DNA of 32,329 nucleotides, from NCBI GenBank assembly GCA_900128565.1, contig LT635959.1, forward strand, positions 1 through 32,329, in the 5' to 3' direction. Shown here piece after piece: positions 11,146 through 22,100 of the stretch. Origin of the DNA: Stramenopiles sp. TOSAG23-6. Taxonomy: Eukaryota. Position numbers and translations under genes: made by a program. Position 1 is the first letter of the stretch. Each line of letters starts with the position of its first letter. The notes below the pieces were generated by a model that saw nothing but the letters and a program-made list of their open reading frames with translations, had not been told where the DNA came from and made no database searches.

Positions 11146-13044
11146 ATGAAGAAAATTAATACCGATGATTCACTTTTTCAGGATTTTACTTCTTCTGAAA
11201 ATATTAGTATTATAAGTACTTGGAAAGCACAACGGACAGTTGAAAATGTCGCGACGCAAACAAAATACATTGAAACAGAATCCGAAGGCACACAAACTAG
11301 AATTCCTGTATCAAAAGGTTCACAAACAGTGCGAAAACAATTGGAAGATATTGAAAAAGGTTTGCTTCTTGGTGCATCACGCCTAGAAAAAGAATCGCGA
11401 GCTATTTCAAGCTTCTTGAGCCGTGTTACACCACAAATGTCAAAGCAACTGAGACAGAATGTAGATAGCCATGCCTTTGACGGTTTCTATGATTTTTCAG
11501 GGACTCTAGGTAACGCCACGAGTTCCACGTTGGATATTAAACATGCACTTATATATGAATGGGCCGAATGTGCACCGTCGTTTAAAACACATGTTGCAAA
11601 GGCAATAGCTAATGGTGAAGATAGACCAGTTGGTTTAGAATGCACAGGTCTGTCCTGGAATTCGAATGGTGCTGTGGTCTGTGCAACGTTTGGACGTACA
11701 GACCATAATGGCTGGTGTTGCCATGCACTTAATAGTAAACCAGCATTATGTGTTTGGAATATATTTAGTCGTGATTTAAAATGTGGTGCTCCTCAATTAG
11801 TATACGAAACAAGTTCATGCCTCACTTGTATTTCGTGTCATCCTACTAATCCAGCAATAGTGGCAGTAGGAACTTTTAACGGTGAAGTTTTGGTCTTTAA
11901 CATTGGAAAAGATGATGCACTTGAAGCATCGTCTCAAATAGACGATTATTTTCATCGTGAACCTGTATCATCAATTGAATGGATATCATCATCTCCTGGA
12001 GAACCATTGCAAATAGCAAGTATAAGTGGAGATGGAAAAGTGTTATTTTGGGAGCGAAAGAGTAAGCTTAAATATCCATCCGGTGGTTTTCTATTGTTAC
12101 CACAAAAAGGCCATCAAAGAGGGGAAGATAATAGAGATCGATTGTATAGCAGTAATCGACGGGGCAAGGATGAAAGAAATTTAGGTGGTATTTCGTTATC
12201 GTTTTCCCAGGTAGGTTCCTTATCCTCGTCATTTGTCACTGGTACAGAGGCGGGAGGAATGTTCAAATCATTTTTACGTACGGGTATTTCACGTAAAATT
12301 AGTCAACCGAAATATAAAGGTTGGTCGCGCAATGCATCGAGAGTTCTTGATTCAACTCCAAAAAATACAAAGGTGAAACTTCAACGTCATGTGGAAGAAT
12401 TTGTAAAAACAAATAGAAGGAATATATCTGAGATTACTGCAGATTTAATATATCTTTCAAAACCGCCACCTCATCTAATTTTTCCTGGTTGCACTGGATT
12501 TGCATTTGATCGGCACATTGGTCCTGTTTATTCATTGGCTTGTTCTCCATTTAGTAGGAACATTTTTCTATCTGGTGGTGCCGATGGCCATGTTAGATTA
12601 AATTCTATGCTTAATGTTAAAGCAATATCAACATTAGAAGTTTCATCAACTTATGTTTATAGTGTTGCCTGGTCCGCGTTTAGACCACTGTTATTTGCTA
12701 CAGGTACTGAAGATGGATCTATTTTCTTGTATGATCTTTTTGCAAATCAACATTGTCCTATAGAAACTTTAATTCCATCTGAGTTTTCTACTGTTCCAGG
12801 ATATGGCCGTGTTTGTATTACTGATAGTAACGGCAGAAGTAATGAAGTTGGAGCAGCTGTAAATTGTATTTGTTTTAATCCGAGGCAGAGGGATTTCCTC
12901 GCTGCTGGTGATGCGAGTGGCGCTATTTGGATATGGAAATTACCATGGCATCTTTCTAATGAACAGCAAGGTGAATTATCTGAACTAGAATTTATAGGTA
13001 TGGATAACAATAACCAACACGATACAGATTCAAAATTTAATTAG
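11146..13044 (+). CDS. DYNC2I2: Cytoplasmic dynein-2 intermediate chain 2 (WDR34), WD40 protein of retrograde intraflagellar transport
   Basis: N-terminal TQT light-chain-binding motifs, FLSRV...L..N..SHAFDGF, FGRTDHNGWC, H.GPVYSLACSPFSRNIFLSGGADG and YVYSVAWSAFRPLLFA. Confidence 0.88.
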   Translation: MKKINTDDSLFQDFTSSENISIISTWKAQRTVENVATQTKYIETESEGTQTRIPVSKGSQTVRKQLEDIEKGLLLGASRLEKESRAISSFLSRVTPQMSKQLRQNVDSHAFDGFYDFSGTLGNATSSTLDIKHALIYEWAECAPSFKTHVAKAIANGEDRPVGLECTGLSWNSNGAVVCATFGRTDHNGWCCHALNSKPALCVWNIFSRDLKCGAPQLVYETSSCLTCISCHPTNPAIVAVGTFNGEVLVFNIGKDDALEASSQIDDYFHREPVSSIEWISSSPGEPLQIASISGDGKVLFWERKSKLKYPSGGFLLLPQKGHQRGEDNRDRLYSSNRRGKDERNLGGISLSFSQVGSLSSSFVTGTEAGGMFKSFLRTGISRKISQPKYKGWSRNASRVLDSTPKNTKVKLQRHVEEFVKTNRRNISEITADLIYLSKPPPHLIFPGCTGFAFDRHIGPVYSLACSPFSRNIFLSGGADGHVRLNSMLNVKAISTLEVSSTYVYSVAWSAFRPLLFATGTEDGSIFLYDLFANQHCPIETLIPSEFSTVPGYGRVCITDSNGRSNEVGAAVNCICFNPRQRDFLAAGDASGAIWIWKLPWHLSNEQQGELSELEFIGMDNNNQHDTDSKFN

Positions 13045-13091
13045 AAAATAATAAATAATTCAACTGAGTGAAATCGAATGTAGTATAATTA

Positions 13092-16000
13092 TTACTTGGC
13101 ATGCACAGCAGCATCTTTCACTTCAACGTAAGCCCGAACTGGATACAATGGCATTCTTCTTTGAAATATTTCCAGACCATCGGCATTAATGTTTTGTGAC
13201 TTTTCTGAGACGGACCTTTTCTCATTAGGATTTCTTACCAGCGTTGATTTAACTTCATTTCCAGTCGATACACAACAAAATACAGAACGTTCACTTCCAT
13301 CTTCAGCAATATAGGCATCAAAAAATTCAAGAAGCCGAGCAGGGGTATGTATTGCGAAAAAATATCTTTTTTTTGGTTTAAAAAATTTGTTAGGTACATT
13401 TTTTTATGGTTTTATGTTTTTTTGTTTTGAAATTCATTATGAAAACGTACAATATTCAACACAGCTGCGGCATCGCGTTCTTTTTCATTAAATAGAAACG
13501 TTCTACCTGAAATCTGTTGCCACATTTTTGAAGATTCTTCATTTAATGTTTTCGGTGTTTCTGAGAGCTGAGCAGCCAACGATTTTTTGTGCAAGTTGAA
13601 TGAATTAAATGCATTTTTCAAATGGTTTGGGTTATTTTTATCAATATCACCAGTATCTTGTTTTGCACCACCGTTCATTTCAACAAGAAGTTTACGGAAA
13701 TCTTTCAAAAATAGGAGAATACGATCCTCTAAATATTCTCCAGTAGCCTTATCACTTTGTATAATAATTTGACAACCTAGTACACCCCACTCCGTTGCCA
13801 TTCCTGACCATACGAGATAGCCTAATTGTTCTTTTGTCCGTAGTTGATCATAACAGGGTTCATTCATAATATTCATGAGTAACTGTAACACTGCTGACCT
13901 TTCACCACCATCAGGAAATATTCCATCTGATTCTGAATCATTACTATTTGATATATTTGAAGGATTAATACTTTCTACAGGACAATCCATTCCACACTGA
14001 AAAACATACCGAATTGCATTACAAACCTGTTCAGGATTAGATTCTTTATGTTCAAAATAGTATACAGTTTTGGTATCTAATCGAACAGAACGTGGTGCAG
14101 GTTGTTGTGATGCAAAAAGACGCGAACATTTCAACAACTCAGGAACCAAAATAGCGCATTGTTTTGCATCTGACGTAAGACAATTGCCATGTATTAAAGT
14201 TTCACAAAATATTCGATGAAGTAAACGAGGTATAAATGCATTGACTTGTTCATGTGTAATATCATCAATTACAGCAAGTTTATCTCTATAATGCCATTGT
14301 GGATTTAATAGAGCATGACGTGTACAATACATTGCATGTTGATACGGTGCTTCCATCTCAAAATCTTCATATCCGCGTTTCAATTTATTCTTCAGACTTA
14401 TAAATCTCGGAATGTTTCCTTTTTTTTCTGATATTTCAAAAGACTTCATTTTCTCTACAATTTTCTTCAAGAGAATGGACATTTTACTATTATACCCACT
14501 CAAAACTAATTCTAAACCAGACCAACTTTCAGATAGCGCATAATTCAAACCAGCTAATTCAGCAAAATAGCTAAACTCTGTAAGTTCATCGGTAATCATA
14601 CGTTGATATAATGATACCATTACTGAAGCTTCAGGAGATTCATATGCAACAGGTGTTAACAATCGACAACAAAATGCCATTTTTGGAACTTCAAAATAAC
14701 CATCTTGTTTATACCATAATCGAATATAGTCTGTGTCGAGAATGACACGTGGCGGCTCGGTACACGTTTTTTTAATACCATTAGGTAGCGGATACAGTGC
14801 TAAATCTTCGGGTAAAAATGGATTAATTTTCGGCATAAAAACTTCAGATATAAATTCGTCACCAATTTCCCAATTTGTTTTGACTGTACTAGCAACAGAG
14901 TTGATACTATGTTCAGTTCCATACCATTTTTCTTTCATTAAAGAAATATTGGGGTTATCTGATGTATTTAATGTATTATTATCACAAACACCTAATTTTG
15001 AAACTACAAATACAAAACTATTCTCTGGTTTTAAATAATTTAAAAAGTTTTGAATTAAAGAAGAATCAAATTCACGAAATAAACTTCGACCAGTTAAAAC
15101 AAATTCCGCTGGATATTTCTGTAAATGACCCGCAATAGTAGTACAATTTGACATTGGCTTTCTTTTGGATTGAAATTTTAAACTAATTTCGTTTAATAAC
15201 TTACATTCTTCCCAGACTGATTCATCCGGTCCATGGGTTCGAAGCATCTTCAAATATGAAAATATTACAGAGCACACACCATTCACATTTTGAAGGCCTT
15301 CTTCAGTGACTTCCACGGTAACTTCAAACATAGAAAAGCATGACTGTGAACTACTTGTACCAGCACTTAGTTCATTGGCCCAACCTTTCGACTTTAAAAT
15401 AGACAAAATTGACCCTGCGCTCTCATGGCCGATCAAGTGAGACAGATATCGCATGTATTGTAGAAAAATATTTCAAAAAAAAAACCTTAAATTTGTTATG
15501 TACAAAATTTCGTACGAAAAAAAATTCGAATTTGAAAAAAAGTAAAACATACATGGGTTTCGTCTTCCAGTGTTTCTCAACAGGAGGACAAACAAACGTT
15601 AAACGAACATAACGAAGATCTTTTACTGGGATAATATTTACCTTTTTACAAAAACAATCCGTATAAGGATTTAACTCGAATGACGGTGCAGAAATTTCAG
15701 AATTTTTAATTTTTCCAAATTTTTCTCTTATCCACTTTTCTTGAACATCCAAAGTCTCACGACCGATGACGCATAGTTTCATTAAATTTGCCGAATAATG
15801 TTTGGCATGAAAATTAAGTAATGCTGAACGAACGTCAACTCCTTCTTTTTCTGGAATAGTTTTTAGTGTTTCCAAATTTCCAGTTCCGAATTTGTGCACT
15901 GGATGGTCTGGACGAGCTAAACTTTTACTCAACTGATAGAGGCGCCAATGATCAGACTGTAAATTTTTAGAATTTTCACTATCAACAGCTTTTAGTTCAC

Positions 16001-16427
16001 GCCCTGTAGCAGACGCGGTGAATAATGGTGCAATAAAGAACTGAGCAAAGCGATCAAGTGTACTTTCAAGGTGTTCATGATTCACGTGAAAGTGAAAGTT
16101 TGTACTCTCTGCTCCAGTAAATGCATTACTCATACCACCGTTACTTGAGAGATGAGCAGAGTAGCTATTTTCATCGGGGTATTTCTTTGTTCCTAAGAAA
16201 AGCATATGTTCAGTAAAATGAGCCAAACCGGGTAAATTATCAGGGTCGCTATAGTGACCAACCTTTACATCTAACGCTGCAGCTGCCTTGTCCGTCTGCT
16301 CATCTTGGATTAGCAAACAAGTGAGTTTATTCTCTAAAACAACAACTTTATAGTTACATTTATCATTGGCCGACTTCTCCACACCATTAGATAAGCGCAC
16401 TGCATCCATTGATCCATGTACCGGCAT
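13092..16427 (-). CDS. IDE: Insulin-degrading enzyme (insulysin, peptidase M16A), 3 exons (16427-15553, 15452-13451, 13346-13092), ~1043 aa
   Basis: GLAHFTEHMLFLGTKKYPDEN (HxxEH), YLSHLIGHE and YDQLRTKEQLGYLV. A last exon without its own ORF call encodes TPARLLEFFDAYI...FQRRMPLYP and ends in TAA at 13092-13094. Confidence 0.93.
13347..13450 (-). other. Family intron 3, 104 nt, GT...AT
   Basis: ATT|GTACGTTT...TGTACCTAAC...ATATTTTTTCGCAATACAT|ACC. Gives VLNI|TPARLLEFF. The nearest AGs (19 nt up, 46 nt down) are out of frame. Confidence 0.88.
15453..15552 (-). other. Family intron 4, 100 nt, GT...AT
   Basis: CAT|GTATGTTT...TTTCGTACGAAATTTTGTACATAAC...GAAATATTTTTCTACAATACAT|GCG. Gives WKTKPMRYLSHLIGHE. 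Confidence 0.9.
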
Positions 16428-16528
16428 TTCCCCCTTTCAATTGGTGATTCTTCGAATGTTGCGCTTTAGAAGACAAGTTTTTTTTTTCTCGACGCCGCTT
16501 CGATATTTATTTGGAATTTTTCGGTTTT

Positions 16529-16554
16529 GGTTAGGTTAGCTTAGGGTTAGGGTT
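16529..16554. promoter_or_regulatory. Telomere-like repeat GGTTAGGTTAGCTTAGGGTTAGGGTT in divergent promoter
   Basis: Two perfect and two degenerate TTAGGG units between head-to-head genes. Confidence 0.55.
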
Positions 16555-16737
16555 GACGTTAATTTTTAATAATATTAACGTACCGTTGTGGGTTGCAGAC
16601 CTCCTCGGTATACACAAGGTAGGCCCTTATCAACGTACAATCTTTTGACAAGATACACCCTCTTGACGCAACACTAGTGAGCCAGGTCCCGATTCTAGTC
16701 GAAATCGTAGAAGGTGCGTCCTCCAACATTACACACG

Positions 16738-17519
16738 ATGAGACGACTCGTGATCCTTTCACTATGCACTATATATATATCCTCAACAAACTCCGCAACA
16801 CGCATACGTTGGGCTGATGAAACTGGTGCTCACCTCATATCACGTTATACAGTATATAGAAAAGGAAGTGAATATGATGACTTCCTGCTTGACTCGGAAC
16901 TGCCTACATACAATTATCCAGAAGCTGTACTTCCCCTACCGCAATACCTTCACCCAGAAGCTCTACACTTCCTACTAGAACATTCACGAGCCTTATCCTC
17001 TACTTGGGTGCTCCAAAATAATTTGCTTTTAGAGAAGTCTAACGAAAAAAAACCGTCGAAAACATAAAGGAGCTCATAAAAAAAGTATACGAAGTCCTCG
17101 AAACCTTTAGCAGTTTAGATGCCGATTTTGCACATGTAGACCCAGAATCTCTCCAAGCGTTCGTCAAAACTACAGCCAGAGAATTTTCCAGAGAAATATT
17201 GCAACTATCTAGATTTATAGAGAAACAGATAGATGAACAGCCCAGCAATTCTGATGAAGCAGAACTCTCTGAAATACACATTTTCTCCAAAGAAGTTGAA
17301 CAGCTGCTAGAAAATACAAGTCACTACTTCCGCACTATCGTTCCAGAATTAATACGCCAACGAAACACGAATCGAACGAAAAGAAGACCACTAGAAAGAC
17401 CACTAGATGATAGAGTGGACAAGGCGGAACTAAAGAGACTGCCTCTTCGACCATTTGAAGAAAATCGTCTTGAAGGAACTAATGGTTATGGCGGAGGTGG
17501 TTATGGTGGGTCAAAATAA
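16738..17519 (+). CDS. Hypothetical secreted protein (~260 aa) split by a 1-nt frameshift at an A8 run (17045-17052)
   Basis: Signal-peptide-like start MRRLVILSLCTIYISSTNS. The -1 frame is open from 17043 to 17519; one extra A gives a continuous NEKKTVENIKELIKK...GGGGYGGSK. Confidence 0.5.
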
Positions 17520-17626
17520 CTATTTATAAAAAATAACATTCCTTTGTTAACTTTTTGATTTTTTTTGTCTTGTTTTAGAACAAGGGTGTGTAAAATTTAA
17601 ACAAAAGTTGACTTTTTTTGTACTTT

Positions 17627-18799
17627 TTAATTAGCAAATACCTCAATCTCGTGAAGTAATTCTGTTTGAACTTCAACAAATCCATTTTTTTCTGTTTGTA
17701 ATCTTTGTTTGTATCGTCGGTAACTAGGTAAACGCAAATCATTAGCATTGAACACCGATGAATCATTAGCATCATCAGAGTTTCCTAAAATAGCTTGAAA
17801 CAATTGTTCTATTCTATAATATGGATCTAACTGATTTGTTTGATTCTTTAATTCGCTAAATGAATCTGAAGATTCTCCAATAAACCCTGAAATTAATCTA
17901 GGTTGCATTGCTACTATCATTTGGCCATTAATGGTTGGTGTATTATCATTTTTCGTGTCATCTCGATGAGTTTCAAATGCAAAAGGTGAGCCTGTTGAAC
18001 CTGCTGCAAGTAGTTCTATCATTAATGCTATAACACTACCTTTATGTCCACCAAATGGTAACTGACTACCCTGTAATGCAAGTGTTGGATCTGTCGTAGG
18101 GTTACCGGAAACGTCAACGGCAGCACCTTGAGGTAGTTTCTTCCCTTCCCTCTGAGCTATTTGTATTTCACCTCTAGCTGTTGCAGATGATGCCATATCA
18201 AAAACAAAGGGTTCAGTACTCCACTCTGTGCCTTTGTTTGATGGTTTTTGTGTGTGCTTACTATTTTCCTTTTTGTGTTGTTGTTGAACTCTAGGAAAAC
18301 CAAAAGACATTGGGTTTGTACCATACACACGCTCTTTCCCACCTGGGCTATGAGCCACAAATGCTTTCGTATTGACGAATACTAAAGAGGCGATACCTTC
18401 CCGAGCCAACGTCTCGGCTTCGTACCAAAGTGCACTGAAATGTGCAGAGTTTTTGAAAGCAGCGACAGCAATTCCATTAGATTTCGCCTTATCAACAAGA
18501 AGTGGTCGCATAGCTTCAAAGCCAGGGATTGCAAATCCCGATTTACAGTCTACTCGAATGAGTCCTGGTGCTGCATCCGTGACTTTAGGAGATGTCGTTC
18601 CATCAATTTTACCACTGATGAGAGCAGAGCAATACCCAGGGACTCTAAAAAGTCCATGACTTAAACAGCCATCACGTTCAGCTGCAGTTATAACATTTGC
18701 TAATACCTTTGAAGAAACTTGATTTAACCCTGACTTATTGAGAGCACGAAAAGATAATCTTCGGATCTGAGACAGTGTTAGAGAAGATGTTTGTGCCAT
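17627..18799 (-). CDS. Ldh_2-family (type 2 malate/L-lactate dehydrogenase) oxidoreductase, DpkA/ureidoglycolate dehydrogenase-like
   Basis: AERDGCLSHGLFRVPGY, NSAHFSAL, YGTNPMSFGFP, PFVFDMASSATARGEI and LPFGGHKGS. Intronless; ATG at 18799. Confidence 0.9.
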   Translation of the reverse strand: MAQTSSLTLSQIRRLSFRALNKSGLNQVSSKVLANVITAAERDGCLSHGLFRVPGYCSALISGKIDGTTSPKVTDAAPGLIRVDCKSGFAIPGFEAMRPLLVDKAKSNGIAVAAFKNSAHFSALWYEAETLAREGIASLVFVNTKAFVAHSPGGKERVYGTNPMSFGFPRVQQQHKKENSKHTQKPSNKGTEWSTEPFVFDMASSATARGEIQIAQREGKKLPQGAAVDVSGNPTTDPTLALQGSQLPFGGHKGSVIALMIELLAAGSTGSPFAFETHRDDTKNDNTPTINGQMIVAMQPRLISGFIGESSDSFSELKNQTNQLDPYYRIEQLFQAILGNSDDANDSSVFNANDLRLPSYRRYKQRLQTEKNGFVEVQTELLHEIEVFAN

Positions 18800-19154
18800 A
18801 CACAAAAATAGGCAAATGCTAGGTGAAATGTGGAATTATATGCCTAGCTCTGAATGCTTTCAAGCTCGTGAGATGGGTGAGATGATGAAGTGAAAAGAAA
18901 ACTTTTGAAAGCAAGTTTTGTCGAGATTAATCTCGAAAACATCAATTGGCCGCAATTGGCCGAGTAACTGTTTGACTGCTGTCAAAAAGCAAATTGAAAC
19001 AGGTTTGACAGGTTCGTACCCGAGATTTATTTAAAAGAAACATAAAAATAGCAAAGAAATGATTTTGAGAATGTTTTATAATATATAAGACAAATGAAAT
19101 CATTTAATGTAATAACTATACGTACATATCCAGAAACTTTACACCAAATCTGAA

Positions 19155-22100
19155 TCAATTTTTCTTTCCATTTGCAATACTAATCAGTTTTTTGGCTCTA
19201 GTTTGTCCCAAATCCAAAAGAAGGGATAAGAATTCTCCTCTCTTTTTCAAGGTATTAATATTTTCATTTTCATCATATGAAGCTACTAATTCTTTTGGTG
19301 TACCAAATTCTGATACTATCCCATCATCCATTACAATAATTCGGTCACAATCAATAATTGTTGAGAGTCGATGAGCGATAAAAATACAAGTACAGCTGGC
19401 GAATTCTTCACGAATCGTGTTTTGAACTAGTATATCTGTATCATAGTCAACACTTGCTGTTGCTTCATCTAACATTAGAATTTTACAATTCTTTAATAAA
19501 GCTCTTCCCAAACACAATAATTGTCTCTGTCCTACACTGAAATTAGATCCACTTTCTGTTACAACTGATGATAAACCACCTTCTCTCGCTTCAATAACAT
19601 CTTTTAACTGACATCTACCGAGAGCATCCCATATTGTTTCATCTGAACATGTTTCAAATGGATCCAAGTTTGAACGAACAGTGCCGTAAAATAATACTGG
19701 ATCTTGTGGAATTATTGCAAGTCTTGAACGAAGTGTGTGCAATCCAAGTTTTGAGATATCTCGTCCATCAATTTTAATGCAACCACCTGCATGTTCAACT
19801 AAACGATAAAGTGCTACAAGTAGAGAAGACTTACCAGCCCCAGTTCTGCCACAGACGCCAATTTTTTCACCGCCATTAATTGCTACAGAGACACCACGAA
19901 GAGCAAGAGGGAGACCAGGTCTATAACGAAGTTGTACATCCTGAAATTCAATAAGTCCCTTTGAAGGCCATACAACGGATTGGGTAGCTAGAGTTTGCTC
20001 ACCAACATTATTATTATGAACCACCATCACAGTTTCATTCTCCTTTACTATACTTGGCGGATCACATGGTAAATGTCGTGGAGCCTCACTTTCAAAATTA
20101 CTATACGGATTCGATGTACTTGCTCCCATATACTCCATAAGTCTTTCTACTGCATTTAAATGAGTCTCCGTTTCAGCAACTTGCCTAACACCCCAACTCA
20201 AAGTCCCCATTACTTGAGTTATATACACTAAAGCTAAACCAACCATTGGTGCATTTTTCTTCGCATTTTCGTTTTCGCCGAAATGTAAGGTTGCGACAAC
20301 TGCAGTTGCAAATATTAAACTACTTCCAAGAAATTCAAGTCGTATACCTAACCATCTATTTGCTGAATTTCCATGAAAAAACGCTCGATGATGAGTGTCA
20401 AGAAGCGCACAATTACGTGTTGCTAAATGTACTTTGGAAAAATATTTCAAAAAAAAAATTCAAAATTTGTTAGGTACAAAATTTCGTACGAAAAAAAGTT
20501 CGAAATTGAAAATAAATAAAACATACATAATCTCCAATACAAAAGGAACGAATTGAAGGTAAACCTGAAAGAGTTTCACTTAAATTTGAAAAGATTGGAG
20601 CTGAAGCAAGAGATCCTATACGCTTTAATTCACGTGAAGTTTGTCTATAAAACTGTAAAATTAAATAATACATAATTAATAATGGTACTAAGGGAATTGC
20701 CATATAATATCCATTAATATAACAAACCAAAGCTAATGTGCCAATAACCTCAAATATACATCGTATCATGGTGCTCATCGCTTCCCGTAATTGATTATCA
20801 GCCAGATCTACATCTTCTGAACATCGACTTAATATTCGCCCGGATGGAGTTGTCTCAAAAAACGTTAAAGGAGATAAAAGTAATGAAGTTAAAAATTCAT
20901 TATGAAGATTTGTTGCTGCTCGAAGACCACCAATACTAAAAAATAATTGACATAGGAAATATGCAACCAAAGCACCGAATGTCCAAAGAGCATAAAATCC
21001 TAGCCACCAGTAGTGAGAATGCTCTGGATTAACTTCCGCTGCATCTTCAGTCCAAAATGCCAACCAAAGATTTGTAAAAATTTGAATTGCTTGCTGTAGA
21101 CTAAACATAAACGATAGACATATGATGACAAAAATTGCTGTTGAATTTCCTTCGATTCGCTTATTACTTTTAGGATTTCTCGCAAACATCTTAAAATACA
21201 TTAATATTACTGCCATTTGAACGCTACCTTTTTGTCTAGCATCTTTCTCAGTTAAATGACCAGCTAATCCTTTCCCTTGAAACTGTTTTTTATCTAACTT
21301 TGTTTTATCTTCATTAACTTCACTCTCACTCACTTTGTCTTTTTCTATTTTCAATGTAATCTCATTTGTTGTTTTATTTATAATATCATTTTCATTTATC
21401 TTTTCTTCATCAACTCCATGTGATGCCATATGTTCCAAAAAGTTTTGTGATGATTCTTTTAAATTTGCAAATGAACCATCATCAACAATACAACCATCTT
21501 TTAAGACAAGCACACGATCAACTCGAGGTAATAAATGAAGCTGATGCGTAGCCACGATCCGAGTTTTGCCAGTCATTTTAAATAAACCATCAAAAATTAA
21601 TCGACCAACGTGAGAATCAAGAGCACTGAAAACATCATCAAAAACAAAAATCTCACTATCTGAATAGAACGCACGGGCAAGAGCTATTCTTTGTTTTTGA
21701 CCACCGGATAAATTGATTCCCTTTTCACCAATTTCAGTTGAATCGCCGGCAGGGAGTAATTCAAAATCATATTTCAACTGACTAAATTCAATTGCTCTAC
21801 TGTATAATTCTCTATCAAATGGTTCAGATCCGCGAGATAAGCATATATTTTCCCTCACAGTAGCATTTACAATCCACGCTGTTTGGGGTACATAAGCTGT
21901 TGTTCCACAAGTCTGTAGACTTCCTTCCGTGTATATCATTTCACCTAAAATACTTGATAGTAGACTTGATTTACCGCTACCCACAGAACCACACACTGCT
22001 ATTAATTGACCTTTTTCAATAGATAAATTAATATCATTTAGACTAAAACCAATTTCATCATCATATTTTGCTTCTTCAGGAGAAGATTGTTTCCCTTCTG

